From: Callorhinchus milii
Lineage: Eukaryota
DNA length: 64,000 nucleotides
Assembly: GCF_018977255.1 (NCBI RefSeq)
Contig: NW_024704743.1
Location: 72,604,001 to 72,668,000, forward strand
Direction of reading: 5' to 3'
Shown: positions 49,125 to 61,869 of the stretch, in pieces
Position numbering within the stretch: position 1 is the first letter of the stretch
Layout: each line of letters starts with the position of its first letter
Translations under genes and position numbers: made by a program
Notes under the pieces: generated by a model
Database searches by the model: none
The model's input: the letters and a program-made list of their open reading frames with translations, nothing else
Told to the model about the DNA's origin: nothing

Positions 49125-49967
49125 GCATTGTTTGGTGCAGTATTGTCGTACACTGTATTGTTGGAGGTGCAGTATTGGGGTACACTGTATTGATAGAGAT
49201 GCAGTATTGAGGTACACTATATTGTTAGAGGTGCAGTATTGGGGTACACTGTATTGTTGGAGGTGCAGTATTGGGGTACACTGTTTTGTTAGAGGTGCAG
49301 TATTCGGGTACACTGTATTGATAGAAATGCAGTATTGAGGTACACTGTATTATTAGAGGTGCAGTATTTGGGTACACTGTATTGTCAGAGGTGCAGTATT
49401 GGGGGGGACAGCATGGTTAGAGGTGCAGTATTGGGGGGGACAGCATTGTTAGAGATGCAGTATTGGGGTACACTGTATTGTCAGAGGTGCAGTATTGGGG
49501 GGTACACTGTATTGTCAGAGGTGCAGTATTGGGGGGGACAGCATTGTTAGAGGTGCAGTATTGGGGTACACTGTATTGTCAGAGGTGCAGTATTGGGGGG
49601 ACAGCATTGTTAGAGGTGCAGTATTGGGGTACACTGTATTGTGAGAGGTGCAATATTGGGGTACACTGTATTGATACAGATGCAGTATTGGGGTACACTG
49701 TATTGTTAGAGGTGCAAATTGGGGTACACTGTATTGTTAGAGGTGCAGTGTTGGGGTACACTGTATTGATACAGATGTAGTATTGGGATACACTGTATTG
49801 TTAGAAGTGCAGTATTGGGGTACACTGTATTATTAGAAGTGCAGTATTGGGGTACACTATATTGTTAGAGGTGCAATATTGGGGGCGACAGCATTGTTGG
49901 AGATGCAGTATTGGGGTACACTGTATTGTCAGAGGTGCAGTATTGGGGGGACAGCATTGTTAGAGGT
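49125..49967 (+). repeat. Minisatellite of about 32-bp units, roughly 26 copies
   Basis: Unit GTGCAGTATTGGGGTACACTGTATTGTTAGAG starts at 49167, 49199, 49231 and onward; variant unit with GGGGGGACAGCATTG interspersed. Confidence 0.95.
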
Positions 49968-50760
49968 TATAGGATTCTGTCTGTGTTGCATTCATGGTGA
50001 AGTAAATCACTTCAATGTATAGTATTTAACAGAAAACTTGCCGTGTACGTGAGCGAGAGGGTAGTGGGGGCTTGTATGGAGTATAAACACCGATGTGGAC
50101 TGGTATCACTCTCTAACTCTACATATCACAGCCCAGCCCAGTCCTGTCTGCACTGTGCAACTTCAACAAGGCTCTGGATAGTCGGTATCCTGGTTGATAT
50201 TTTTTCCTCTCTCTTACCTCACCCCCTCCATGGTCCCAATCCTCACCAGGCTCCACTGTCTCCCAGAGGATCAATTTCAGTGTCTTCAGCTTCGGCTACA
50301 ATCCCTCCACTCTCTAGCACCTCTCTACCTCTGATCTTCTCCCACCCAACCCTAACCCGTCTGCTCACCCTCCACTCAGCTTTTGCTGCACAGTTTCTGG
50401 CCCCGCTTCACCTCACCAACAGTGGCTGAGCTTTCAGAAACTCCCTCAGTTTTGCTCGCCCCTCTTTCCCTGTTTATCTTCATATCCTGGCTTTAAACCT
50501 TCACCTTCGGCCGGACCTATTGTCCCTTGTGTTCTAACTCTGGGCTCCTGCTTGTTCCTTGCTGTCTGTCTCCCCAACCCCAACAGCGGTTAAAGACTCC
50601 GCTGTTATACCCTAATGCTTTGGAATTCGTTCAAAATCTGTCTGCTTTGCGCCTTCTCTCAGATTTCAAAACCCTTTTAACGCGCATCTCTTTGACTGTG
50701 CCTTTAATCAACACTCTCAGCTTCCCCCGCACCTCCCTCCTGACCATCCCCTCGAATCCT

Positions 50761-51111
50761 GGTAGTGGTTAGAGCACTCGCCTCGCAAGGGAGAGATCTG
50801 GATTCTATTCCGGGAAGGGCAACACGTTGGGCAACTTTCCTTGCTGCACACGCCTCTGTTTACCTAGCAGTAAGTAGGAGCCCGGTTGTTAGTCGATTGG
50901 CGGATCGCTTTTCCGGGGATAATAATACCTCAAAAAAATAATAATTTGTTCACTCAATCCATGACTGTTTATGGAACACTGCTGGGCACAATTAGTTCAT
51001 AGTTGTTTGTGCTATGTACAGATTGGCCTACAAAAACACACAATCACTACACTTTGAGATGTCTTCCCAAAGTGAAAGGGGCTATATCAATTCAAGGATG
51101 ATTATTATTAT
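50761..51111 (+). mobile_element. tRNA-derived SINE, long form
   Basis: Head AGTGGTTAGAGCACTCGCCTCGCAAG, extra internal segment 50856-50917, body and tail. Confidence 0.9.
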
Positions 51112-52789
51112 GATACGATTTGGAGAAAAAAAGAATTTTCCTGACCAATAATCCTCTAGATTTATTGGTTATTCACCTCTGTGGGACCTTGCTGTGTGCA
51201 AAATGGCTGCCACATTATTCCATTTTATCATTATTCCTTAACATGGCCATGCCAGCAGACCACAATAACAATAATACCTGCATTTGATTATAACACCTTT
51301 CACATCAGGGAATGTCTCAAAGCACATCACAAGATTTACTGTAAAGTATAGTGACTGTAGAACAATGTAACTAGCAATTGATGGTTATTTATAGGAGGAG
51401 TCTTCCGGCAGTTAAGCACTTTCCAGGCAGGACTTGAGCAAATGTACTGAAACAATTCGTGAAATATATTAAAACTTTACGATAGAAACCAATCTCAAGC
51501 CTCCAGGCTGAGACATGGAGACAGTGCTTAATAAAAAAAATTATTGTCTGATTTTCAGCAGCAGCTAGAATGTAATGGGCAACAGAAAAGAGCAATGGAC
51601 CTCATGGGAGCATGAGTGTGAGAAACGGAACACATGAGGTGCAAGCACAAAGGTGTCTTAAAGGGATATGGATCCCCTGGTGAATTCCTTCATCAGATTT
51701 ACCTGATGCAGCCGCACGGTGTGTTATGAATAACAAATGCAGAGGAATGACTGGCGTGCACTTCATCTCTGTATTGCCTCAACTTAAAGAGAACAAGAAT
51801 GCAGGATATGAATCCCCACACAGTCAGGTCGGTACTGCTCTGGACTCTCCCGGTAAAAGGTTTTAATCAATTCAATTAGGAATCTCTCTGGTGGCGACTG
51901 GATTCTAATGCCTTGACTCCAACACAAACACAGCGGGAGATACTTGTGATCCAGTACTCACTTTTTAAGATTGGGGAGGGAACTTTACATAAATCTACCA
52001 AAGCCTCTAAAACCTTTTAAATCCCTTCATATTCCCCAAGTAATTTAAAATTTAATCCTAACCTGAACACTGTAATTTTAACTTCATTCACCAGCGTTAT
52101 TATTAGATATCATGTGGTTTCTAAGGCCAAAATTATTTCCAGCTGCATGCTGGCCTACATTCTTTTTCTGATTATTTTCTCCCAAATTCAATTTATACAC
52201 TTACTGTCATCTCCATGGCAAAACTCACCAACTTCATACGGGCATTTTAATAATGTGCAATATCTGACTGAATATCATGCTATGGGAAGATATTCTTCAC
52301 AGCCTGTCTGTCTGACTGAAAGCAAATGAAATGAGGCAAAAATATGCAGTCTTTTCACCTATAAATATGGAATTATTTTTTGCTCAGAACAAAACTAACA
52401 AATTGAAAATCTCAGTACCTCAACTACTGCTAAGGCTTACCAAACAAACTGGTTAAAAGGAAATTGTGCAAGCGAACCAATTCAGAAGTGACTCCAGTTA
52501 TGTTTACACACCATTTATCCATGGATTAAAGCAAGAGGCTGACATTTCAACTTAAGGTAGTCCATAACAATCAAATTTGCCATTGTTAGTAATGGCAGGT
52601 AGGTAAATTACCTAGAAGAGGCAAATTTGTACTGTAACTGTTGCAGATCAGATGCAGTTGGTATGTATAGAAGGCCCTGTTATAATGACCTTTGGTATAA
52701 CGCTGCCTTGTTTATATTGCTGGGGTTCTGTGGACTCACATTAAGCGGAAGCACAGTATGCCAGCCTCTGGCATGACGAGCCGGCTTCC

Positions 52790-53016
52790 AGGTTGTCAGG
52801 TTTCATCCATGTCACTTCTTTCATGTTGAGCACATGCACCCTATATGCAGGAAGCATCACTGATATCACTTCCTGCACATGTATGCTATTTGCTAGAAAG
52901 CACTACATATGTCACTTCCTGTATGATGGGCATGATCACTACATGCAGGACTGATGTCCACATAGAGTCTCACATTTAGCGTGCAGGACATGTCATTAGC
53001 CCTGACCTGAAAACCT
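52790..53016. mobile_element. MITE-like element
   Basis: Termini AGGTTGTCAGGT / ACCTGAAAACCT (11 of 12 inverted match); internal TGCAGGA and CACTTCCTG repeats in both orientations. Confidence 0.5.
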
Positions 53017-53829
53017 ACTTTTTTTTAAAGGCTTCACTTTAATGTTGCCTCTAAGTTATTGGACCCAGAGGCCCCTTTCTCACAAAGTTCCCCTGTACTT
53101 TGTTTGTACTCTTAATTTTTTTCCTTGAAAAGTTGATTTTATTGATTCGCTTCCATATTATTGTATAATCTCTCACACACTGATACACGTTGATTGTAGA
53201 GATAAATTATTTCAGTAAAAGTTCCGATAACTAAAAGCAACATCCTGAACCAAACTGATATGAATCGTTCATTGACAGGTTAAAAATAAAGTTTCTTTGT
53301 TCCTGAAGACACTTTGGAATGCTAGTAGATGTCTTCCTTACCTGTACACTGGTAGCAAGGGCAAGATTTCTTCAGTGTTTGTGGTTGGAAAAACCTTTGC
53401 CGTGGCTGTTGCTTTTCCCATAAAGTCTCATGCTGTCATCTATCTCAGTCTGCAGCTTTACACTGGGCACAGTGAAAATAGAAGATACTGGGGGTGAACA
53501 AAAACAGAGTGGTCAAAAAATTTTAGTTTCTGCATTTACCTTAAAAAATACTTGTGAAAAAAAAACTTTTTTCTAGATATAGAATCTCGCCAACAAGACT
53601 CCTTTAAACACAGAGTTAAAGAATATGATGAAATTTCATGCACTTTTTTTATTTCTTAGCTGTATTAACATGAACAATTGAGAAATAGCACAGCTGTTCT
53701 ATGTTACAGTTCCAGTGCCCAGAACAACAGAATGGCAGGAACATGTACATGCCTCCTGGTTTAAATTACACCATAAAAGTATCATCGTCTAATTTACATT
53801 TTATATAAAATCTCTCAGTTGTTCTGGGA

Positions 53830-54290
53830 CTGGGTTAGCTTGGCTCAGTTTTCAATCTTGTGCCTTGGTCAGAAGCTCCACAATAGTTTTGGATCTCATA
53901 GTCAAGGCTGTCAATCTAGTACAGTACTGGGAGAGTGCTGCATTGTTAAAAGTCTCACTATTTGGATCAGACATCAAACTGAGGCCCATCTGCCTGTTCT
54001 TTAGGTCAACATTAAACACCAAGAACAACTTTTATTTCTACAATGCCCTTTCTGTAGGATAACTTCTTGGAGAACGTAATGATAGGGTAGGGCACCAGTC
54101 AAGGTTGAGGAGGAAGAGAGAGGCGATCACCGGTGTGGTTGAAGAGGTAGGGTTTAAGATGGGAATTAAAGATGGATAGAGAAGGGATGAGATGGAGAAG
54201 TAGAGGAGAGTGAGTTTCAGAGGCTAGGGTGTAGTAGTTGAAAGCTTGGCCAATGATTGTGGTGGGGAAGGAAAGCAGGAAAGAAAAAAA
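53830..54290. mobile_element. Old Deu-type SINE 5' part (plus strand) then L2 3' end (minus strand)
   Basis: AGCTTGGCTCAGT head, CAGTACTGGGAGAGTGCTGCATTG, AAACTGAGGCCCATCTGCC; then FNSHLKPYLF on the minus strand. Confidence 0.7.
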
Positions 54291-57200
54291 TATCCCAGGA
54301 CACATTTTGAAAAGTTAGTCAAAATTTAATTAACAGTGCTCTAAAAAAAATTGTATTCTTATCTGCAATCAAATGTGGATACATTTTGAAAGCTAATTGA
54401 AATTTTTTTTGAAAATGTTTTGACTTGTTTTTACATTGATCTTATTTCAAAATACACAGCAACAAACAGCACCTGACTGTATGAGGTGAAGGACATGGGT
54501 TGATGCCATTGAGCAGTTAGGCTGCCTAGGAGAGGACTCCACTGGTAGTGAGGAGATACCACGGTGGGAGGACCAGAGAATGGTAAGGCAAGTTACCAGA
54601 CAGCATTCACTCTTGTCCATCTCCTTGCATCCCAGTACTGGATTCCGGGACGCTAACCTGCATGCAGGGTGCTATATAGGTGAAAGTTGTTGTTGTTGAG
54701 CCATTCCCACTCTGCGTCCACTCCACTGGAGAATAACAAGTGGTGCAAAAAAAAATGCTATTTCGTATTAAAATATGTCACTTCCACTACACCTCAAATA
54801 AGGGATACACATGTAAGAATGCTTATTGCAAATACGTAAATGTATCAATGAACTAGCAAAGTAATTGGGTGTCTCATAATTGCAGTGGGATTTTTTTCAC
54901 TATGCTTCATTTAAAGATTTTACGACAAATATGCTGCAAAATGAGATGCTGTTGGTGGTGGTATAATCCACATTATAATAGACAACACAGTAAAATACTG
55001 CAGCTAATGTGGAGATCAGTGGAGAAATATTCCTGCCCTCAGATGGTTAAATGCATTCAGGTTTAATTTTCTGGCTGCAATTATCTACAGGAAGCAGAAA
55101 CGTTACTCAACTACATCTAAACATTTCTCTAGGCATTTAGCACTGCTTTTATTTAAAAATATGTAGATTTTCATCTTTGGTCTGGTCTTCAAAAGGATTT
55201 GCATCAGTCACTGTTTGGAGCTCTGTGCAGACCTGTTCTGGAAATGAATATCACCTTATGGTTATACTTGTGCAAATAACCTGCTGAGCGCTGATAAAAG
55301 GATTAATACAGCCAAATTCTTAATATGGAAAATAACAAATTAAATTCTTATATTAAAATTACCACCCTTGAGGTATTTTCTTTCCCAATTTTAATTCCCC
55401 TCTGGTGTTCTGCATAGATTGTGTCTGTTAATGATTGGAACAAGCATTTCTCTGCTGGCAGCCTGTTACAGTCTGATAATGTGGAGGCATTTTGTTTACT
55501 GACAGATCCGGATTTATCCACAGCCTGATAACTAAGTGGGAAGTGTGTAATAAGTCCAAATTAGCGGAGAAGTCCCACTATACTATTCAAAATGTGTTGC
55601 CCCCCATGGGTTTATCAAAATCCTGGCAACTCCTAACCGTCCCTCCTGACAGGATTGAGATGTCACCTCACAGCATGAATTTGGTTAAAATCTTGGACTC
55701 TGTGAGAAATGAAGATCTGATGCCTCTGACAATGTACAAATGAATCACTTCAGTTTGAATGTCAATTATCGAAGTGGCAGTTTTATCTAGTTTATACAAC
55801 ACAATACCCATTGATCATGAGCAATAAGATAGCCAAAATAACAAAATACAGAGGTTTGTTCCACTGTACTAATGAAACCTTAATTATATTAATCATACTG
55901 TTCAAACAATTTATAAATTCTATACAGCATTAAATAACTGAGTAATCTGTTATAAACATCTAAGCATATATGCATGTCCTCCTGTGCATATATATGTAAA
56001 TATACTTTCTAACTAGCATCTGGCATAGAAGGAATGGAAAAAAGTGAAGGATTCAAAATGTTCATAATTATATACAAAAACTAACAAGCGAACAGCAGAA
56101 TTTAAAACACATAATTACATGTAGAGTTCATTTAATGTTAGAACAATTATAAACAATCTCTTATACTTGTAAGGCCCTGTACATTTGTAGCATTTACATT
56201 CACACTGAGTACGCTATTACATGCATTCTGTTCACGTAGATATTCTTAACTGTTGAGAGTGTATCAAATGTAGTCATTGTAAATAATCTAATATTCTAAC
56301 TGGGATTTGACTCTACAATTTTGAGGCCTTTTCCCCCCTTGGCTAAAGCTTCATCTTAAACTGTAGAAACTCCTCCTCTCTGCCGCATGATGTATGCTGT
56401 CTCCGCCCCAATTTATACATTTATAAATAAATGGAGCTTGCAAGGCCAGATAATTAAGAAACACTGGTTCCACAAACAGGAATGAAAATTTAAAAAACCT
56501 TCCAGGTGGTTATGCTATTGGGGTAATTATTCTATTAGATTGTGTACACAGCTGTTGGAGATGCCAAGAATATAGAGGTAGGAACCACCCTCTAAGATAT
56601 TGGATTTCACATGATAAGTGATTTCACATTATAAGGGTTTTTGTTTATACATTTTTGTACAGCAAATAAATCTCAACCTCCATTTTGAGGTGGAAAGAAC
56701 ATTTTGGAATACTTTTCAGTATTCTTAAGTGTTAACATTTTCTGAAATCTTCTTTGGAAGATGTCACAATATTGCAAATTAGGCGTGCACTGAAGTTAAC
56801 GTATCACATTAGCTAGACTACCCAATGCTGTTTTCTCAATAGCATTATTTAATCTATGAGTGGACAATACTTTGAAGTTCTGAAGAAAAGCAATGATTAT
56901 TTCCTTTATTGGCTCACTCTCCTACGAATGCCTGGAAACCATTCTCTCTATGGAAAGTCACATGGAGCCTGTCAGGGAGATTTGTCTGTAGGAAGTGTCA
57001 CTCAATTCGTAGATTGAATATTAGGAACTGACAGCTGAAGCTTCCAGACAATTCACACAAAAGGACTTCAAGGATGATTGATGATTTAGGGGTTCTCTCC
57101 CCAAACCCAATTTTAAATGAAATGTGTCAATTTTGCAGGATTTCATTTGCCAGTAGCCACATCTAGTATAAATAAAACATACTGTGCTGTTTGTGTCAAA

Positions 57201-60200
57201 CTAATGATGTATATAGCATAAAGCTTAACAACGCCATTCTCCAAAATAAATAAAATATACATCACACACGCGCACGCACACACACACACAAAAATCCTCA
57301 AATGTATTCCCTACGTAAAGCTTTAATTAAAAGAAAACTCATTTGTTACTGTCTGCAATTGCCTGTTGCTTTGAAAGGTAACTGCTGAACTGTGAGGACT
57401 TTGTGAATCTGTTAATGGACGGTCAACTTTTACTGAGCAGTTGAACAGTGCAGGTCACTTGCTGCCTCTGAGTGCATCAGGCAAACAATTAAGAGTGACA
57501 GACAAGGGGTTTGTGACTGACGCAGTAGCTACACCACAGCTGAAATGTCAGAAACACACCCTCAGTTCTTATACTAAGTGCACGCTCCTCCCATCCCAAC
57601 CCTCATCCAGGAAAACAACATTAATGTAGTTACTCCTCATTGTGTCACTTTGATATAACTTCTGATAGAACAACATATATTCTCTTCATGACTACCTCAT
57701 TAAAAGCTCTAATTCAACATATTTCTTGCATGGCTCACAGAGAAAGTACTGCACGAAAATTCAGTACATTAAAGATTAGTGAATCATCCTCAAGCATTGA
57801 AACATTGGTTACAATTAAATGTAAAACGTTTCTGTCGTTCCAACAACAGACGGATACCCACTACCAAACCAGTATATTTTATTTCTATTCTTCCTCATTT
57901 GTTTAACCTTCACAGAGCAAACACTTAGAAACCCATGTGAGGATAATGGTCCTTTAAACTTCCCATCCTGTGTTGCCAAGGGATCCCCACTTGAGGCATG
58001 AAATTCCCTCTATTCTTTGCCTGAACAATCATTTTGTCTTAAAATATAAGATTGTGCAGATGTATGGAAAATTCCTAAATTAAGTCTTATTTTCAATTTC
58101 AAATTATTTGCTGAGAAATTCGGTACCCAGATTACTGGCTACACCTGACCATCCATTGATGCAGACTTGAGCATTGCACAAGCAGTTGTCTCAACTTTAG
58201 AACTCTGACTAACTTTTTGATGCTTTATAATGGGAGTCCAAATTTAGTCTTAGACGAGCAACAGAGAGGACTGGGCAAAACATCCTAATTGAAAGAATAT
58301 GGTCAGATTTATAATATGGTTTCTTCTCCTTTACTGGCCAGACTACAATCCCAAAGAGGACCGTCTCTTAGGAGTTCACAAGTTCATAAGATCACAATAT
58401 TGGTTTGCATGAAGGAGGCCCTTCAACCTATTTGATCTTATCTTTCCAGAATATCCATCCTACTCTCCTCCCATCACAACATGAAGCTTTGTTTTAAAAT
58501 GAGTCCAGTGTCATGCCTCGAAAGCTCAACTGGAATCAGTGCTGGCACCTAGATGCCAGGATAGCTGCTAGTAAAGGCAACTGTGAGTTTCACCGAGTTG
58601 CTAAGTCATTTAGTTCCTTTGCAGAACTCTTCAAACTTTGCATCTTCATCTCCAATTAATGCAGTTTTCCATCACAAAATTAACTGTTTAGTCCCATGTT
58701 GAACATACAATTTTATTCTATTTGGATTTATAGTGTGGATGTCAGTAGGATTTTATAATTGGCAAAAAAGGCAAAACTACTGAACTGGACTGGATCTGAC
58801 GCATATTAATTGATTTCATCGGTGTCTTTAAAACAAGCACCAATCACAAAGAGTAATATCTCGGAGTGAATTCAAGGCTGGCATTGAACACCAAACAAGA
58901 GAGTGGGGAAAGGAGGGAAGGGAGAAGTGGTCATATGTGCTTTCAGATTTAAGATTTAAGATGAATCTTAAAGACAGAAAGTGAGAGGAAGAGATGGAGG
59001 AGTAGGCAGACAGAATTCAAGAAATTAGGGATGTCGGAACTAAGGCTCAGCCACCAATGGCGAGAATGCAGGAAGTGCACAGCATGTTCGGTTTAGCTGA
59101 GCAGAGGGGGTGAGCAGAGGAGCAGGGTAGGAGAAGATTGGAGAGATTAGGAGTAAAGGTTGGCAAATACTAACCGTCAGAGAGCTCCCAAAGTCGTGGA
59201 GGAAGGTCGCTAAAGTACTCATGGTTCAGTGCAGCTTGAGCTGACAGTCTGTTTTTTGGGAAGCACTGTAGAAGTTTTGAAGCAACATCTTCAGCATGGG
59301 CCACATACCCTAGCCTGGAACACAAGGATAATGGAACATGAAGTTAATTTCCAGTTAATAATTGCATCACCTAACAAAACGATCAATGCCTTGCTGGAAA
59401 GAAAATTCCAACAGAAAAAGAGAAAGGAGCTTCAAAGCACACAAATAATTAACTAAAACATGAAAGTATAAGTTCCAGCGAAGGTTATGCAAATTTTATG
59501 CTTGCACGTACAGAAAACCTAGTGCCCAGCAAAAAATAATGATTTCATAAATATAATTCACCTTAAAGAACTCACTGGAATCAAGTGGTTTACAGCCATT
59601 TCCAGCCATTTCACTGATTCTAGGTTACTAAAATAAAGGATTGATTCCTTTTTAAACATTATAAAACAGAGCAGCCGAATTCTGTTCTCTGTGGTACAGT
59701 GTTCTGCCCACCCTTCTTCGCATAATAATTGTTTCCTGGTAAAGCATATAGAAATTCCCACAAACATGAGAACAGACCATTAATAACAACATAGCATTAG
59801 ATGACTAAGGCACATAAACTTTGACTAGCGTTTGCACCGTAAGTTAACTTTACCCAACAATGCAGAGTAGAATATCTGTAGTACAGTATTTTAATCAATA
59901 GACTTCCACAATTCTAGGGAAATTTCTGAGGTAGGAAGGAGCTTGCACACAATTGTACTGTTTTTCCAAAGAGTAATTCATTCACACAAAAAATGCTTTA
60001 TCTCTGTTGGTTTAAAAACATCAGTTCTCCCCCTACACGTTCTCATGTCTTATTATTTCCCCCAAATGGATGTATCATGTACTTATTGCAGTGATCTTTT
60101 GGTATAACATGTACAATGAGATTTTACTATAATAAGTCCACAGCAAAAGGATCTCCAGTGTAAGTGATCAGTTGTGGTAGATTATAATGTGGAAGGCTCT

Positions 60201-60304
60201 CTCCATCTCCATGTCCCCAAATTATGAGGATTTATTTTGCCTCCCTTTGAGATCATAAATTTTCTGTCGCATGTGTTTAGCAATATATCTGTGACCAGAT
60301 TTGT

Positions 60305-60620
60305 GGAGTCCTGTAGCTCAGTGGTTAGAGCACTCGCTTTGCAAGCGAGAGACCTGAGTTCAATTCCAGGCAGGGCAAAACCTTGGGCAAGTTTCCTTAC
60401 TCCACACGCCTAATAATAATCCCTCCAAAACCAAAAACAAATTGGTCATTTTCAATCTACGACTGTTTGTGGGACATTGCTGTCCGCAATTGGCTGCCGC
60501 GTTCGCCCACAAATATACAGGCAATTCACTTTACAGTGTGTTCTATGAAGCGCTTTGGGACGTCCTCCCGACGTGAAAAGCACTATATCAAATGCAAGGA
60601 TTATTATTATTATTATTATT
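60305..60620 (+). mobile_element. Full-length young tRNA-Ala-derived SINE, short form
   Basis: A box TAGCTCAGTGG, anticodon arm CTCGC-TTTGCAA-GCGAG, B box GAGTTCAATTCC, body, tail hairpin and (ATT)n. Confidence 0.96.
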
Positions 60621-60937
60621 CAAACATCATCCACACAACTGTACCGAGTTAACCTTACGCATGATATTGATGCTCGTCTGAACGTAATTTCAAGGCTCTA
60701 GGACTGGGGAATCAGACCACTTTTCCCAATAGTCTTCATCATTATGAAGTCCTCATGAACATTTATGTTCAAAGAAATGTGCAGTTGTTACAAAGACCCT
60801 CCCACATGGAGAACACTTGATTATTTTAGTGCAAACAACAGAATGAATATTGGTGGTGACTTTAAACACTTTTGACACTTTCTTTCTTGTCTTCAATCAT
60901 GATGATCACAACAATTACTGGAACACTGTGCAGCAGT

Positions 60938-61248
60938 GGAGTCCTGAAGCTTAGTGTTTAGAGCTCCTGCCTCGCAAGCCAGAGGACCTGGGCTCAATTC
61001 ACGGGCAGGCCAAAACTTTGGGCAAGCTTCCTTACTCCACACGCCTCTGTTTACCTAGCTGTAAGTAGGAACTGGTTGTAAGACAATTGGTGGATCTCGT
61101 GTCTGGGGGTAATAATTCCTTAAAAAAATAAGAAGAATTTGGTTACTCAATCCATGACTGTCTGTGGGACACTGCTGTATGGAATTGGCTGCTGCGTCTT
61201 AAAGATGTGATAAGGTACTGTATCAAATGCAAGGATTATTATAATTAT
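60938..61248 (+). mobile_element. SINE, long form, with a deletion before the tail
   Basis: Head, then GCCTCTGTTTACCTAGCTGTAAGTAGG segment and tail. Confidence 0.9.
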
Positions 61249-61566
61249 TCTGCTGGAGAGAACAGAAACTCCTGAGTGGTAGTGTGGAGAAAGCTCCTGT
61301 GTTCAGTCCAGCAATGTATGGTGACCCTGCTGTGCTGGCAGACGTTGTTTAAGGGGATGTGACAGTAGGAAATTGTTTTAGCCCTTATGTTCAAAGTTTG
61401 CTTGTGAAGATGGCACAAGCAGCAGTGAAGGGTATATAATGGCTCTGCGGTGCTGATGAATGAGCAACTGCAAAAAATTGCTGCCTTTTCTCTCTCCGTC
61501 ATGGAATAAAAAGATCCATGTGTGGGAATAGTACATCATCACAAAACATTGAACTGTAATATCACC

Positions 61567-61869
61567 CTTCACAGAATGTACTGTAAAGTGAATTGACTGT
61601 ATATTTTGTGAGCGAAAACACAGCAAGAAATTGTTCACAGCAGTGACCCACAAACAGTCGTGGATTGAGTGACCACATTTTTTTTGAGGGATTATTACCC
61701 CCGGAAAATCGATCCGCCAATTGACTAATGATCAGGTTCCTACTTACTGCTGGGGAAACAGAGGCGTGTGAAGTAAGGAAACTTACCTAATGTTTCACCC
61801 TACCCAGAAAATGAACCCAGGTCCTTTTGCTTACGAGGCGAGTGCTCTAACCAATGTGCTACAGGACCC
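61567..61869 (-). mobile_element. SINE, long form, tail missing
   Basis: Reverse complement of the long-form head and body. Confidence 0.9.

Noticed and set aside
49125..49967. CRISPR-like array
   Set aside because: Head-to-tail tandem units with no unique spacers, no cas genes, and a vertebrate context
60305..60377. tRNA-Ala(TGC) gene, also at about 4036-4108, 14170-14242 and 47231-47303
   Set aside because: These are SINE heads. They have an imperfect T arm and a short acceptor stem, and except for the 47231 fragment they continue into the SINE body.
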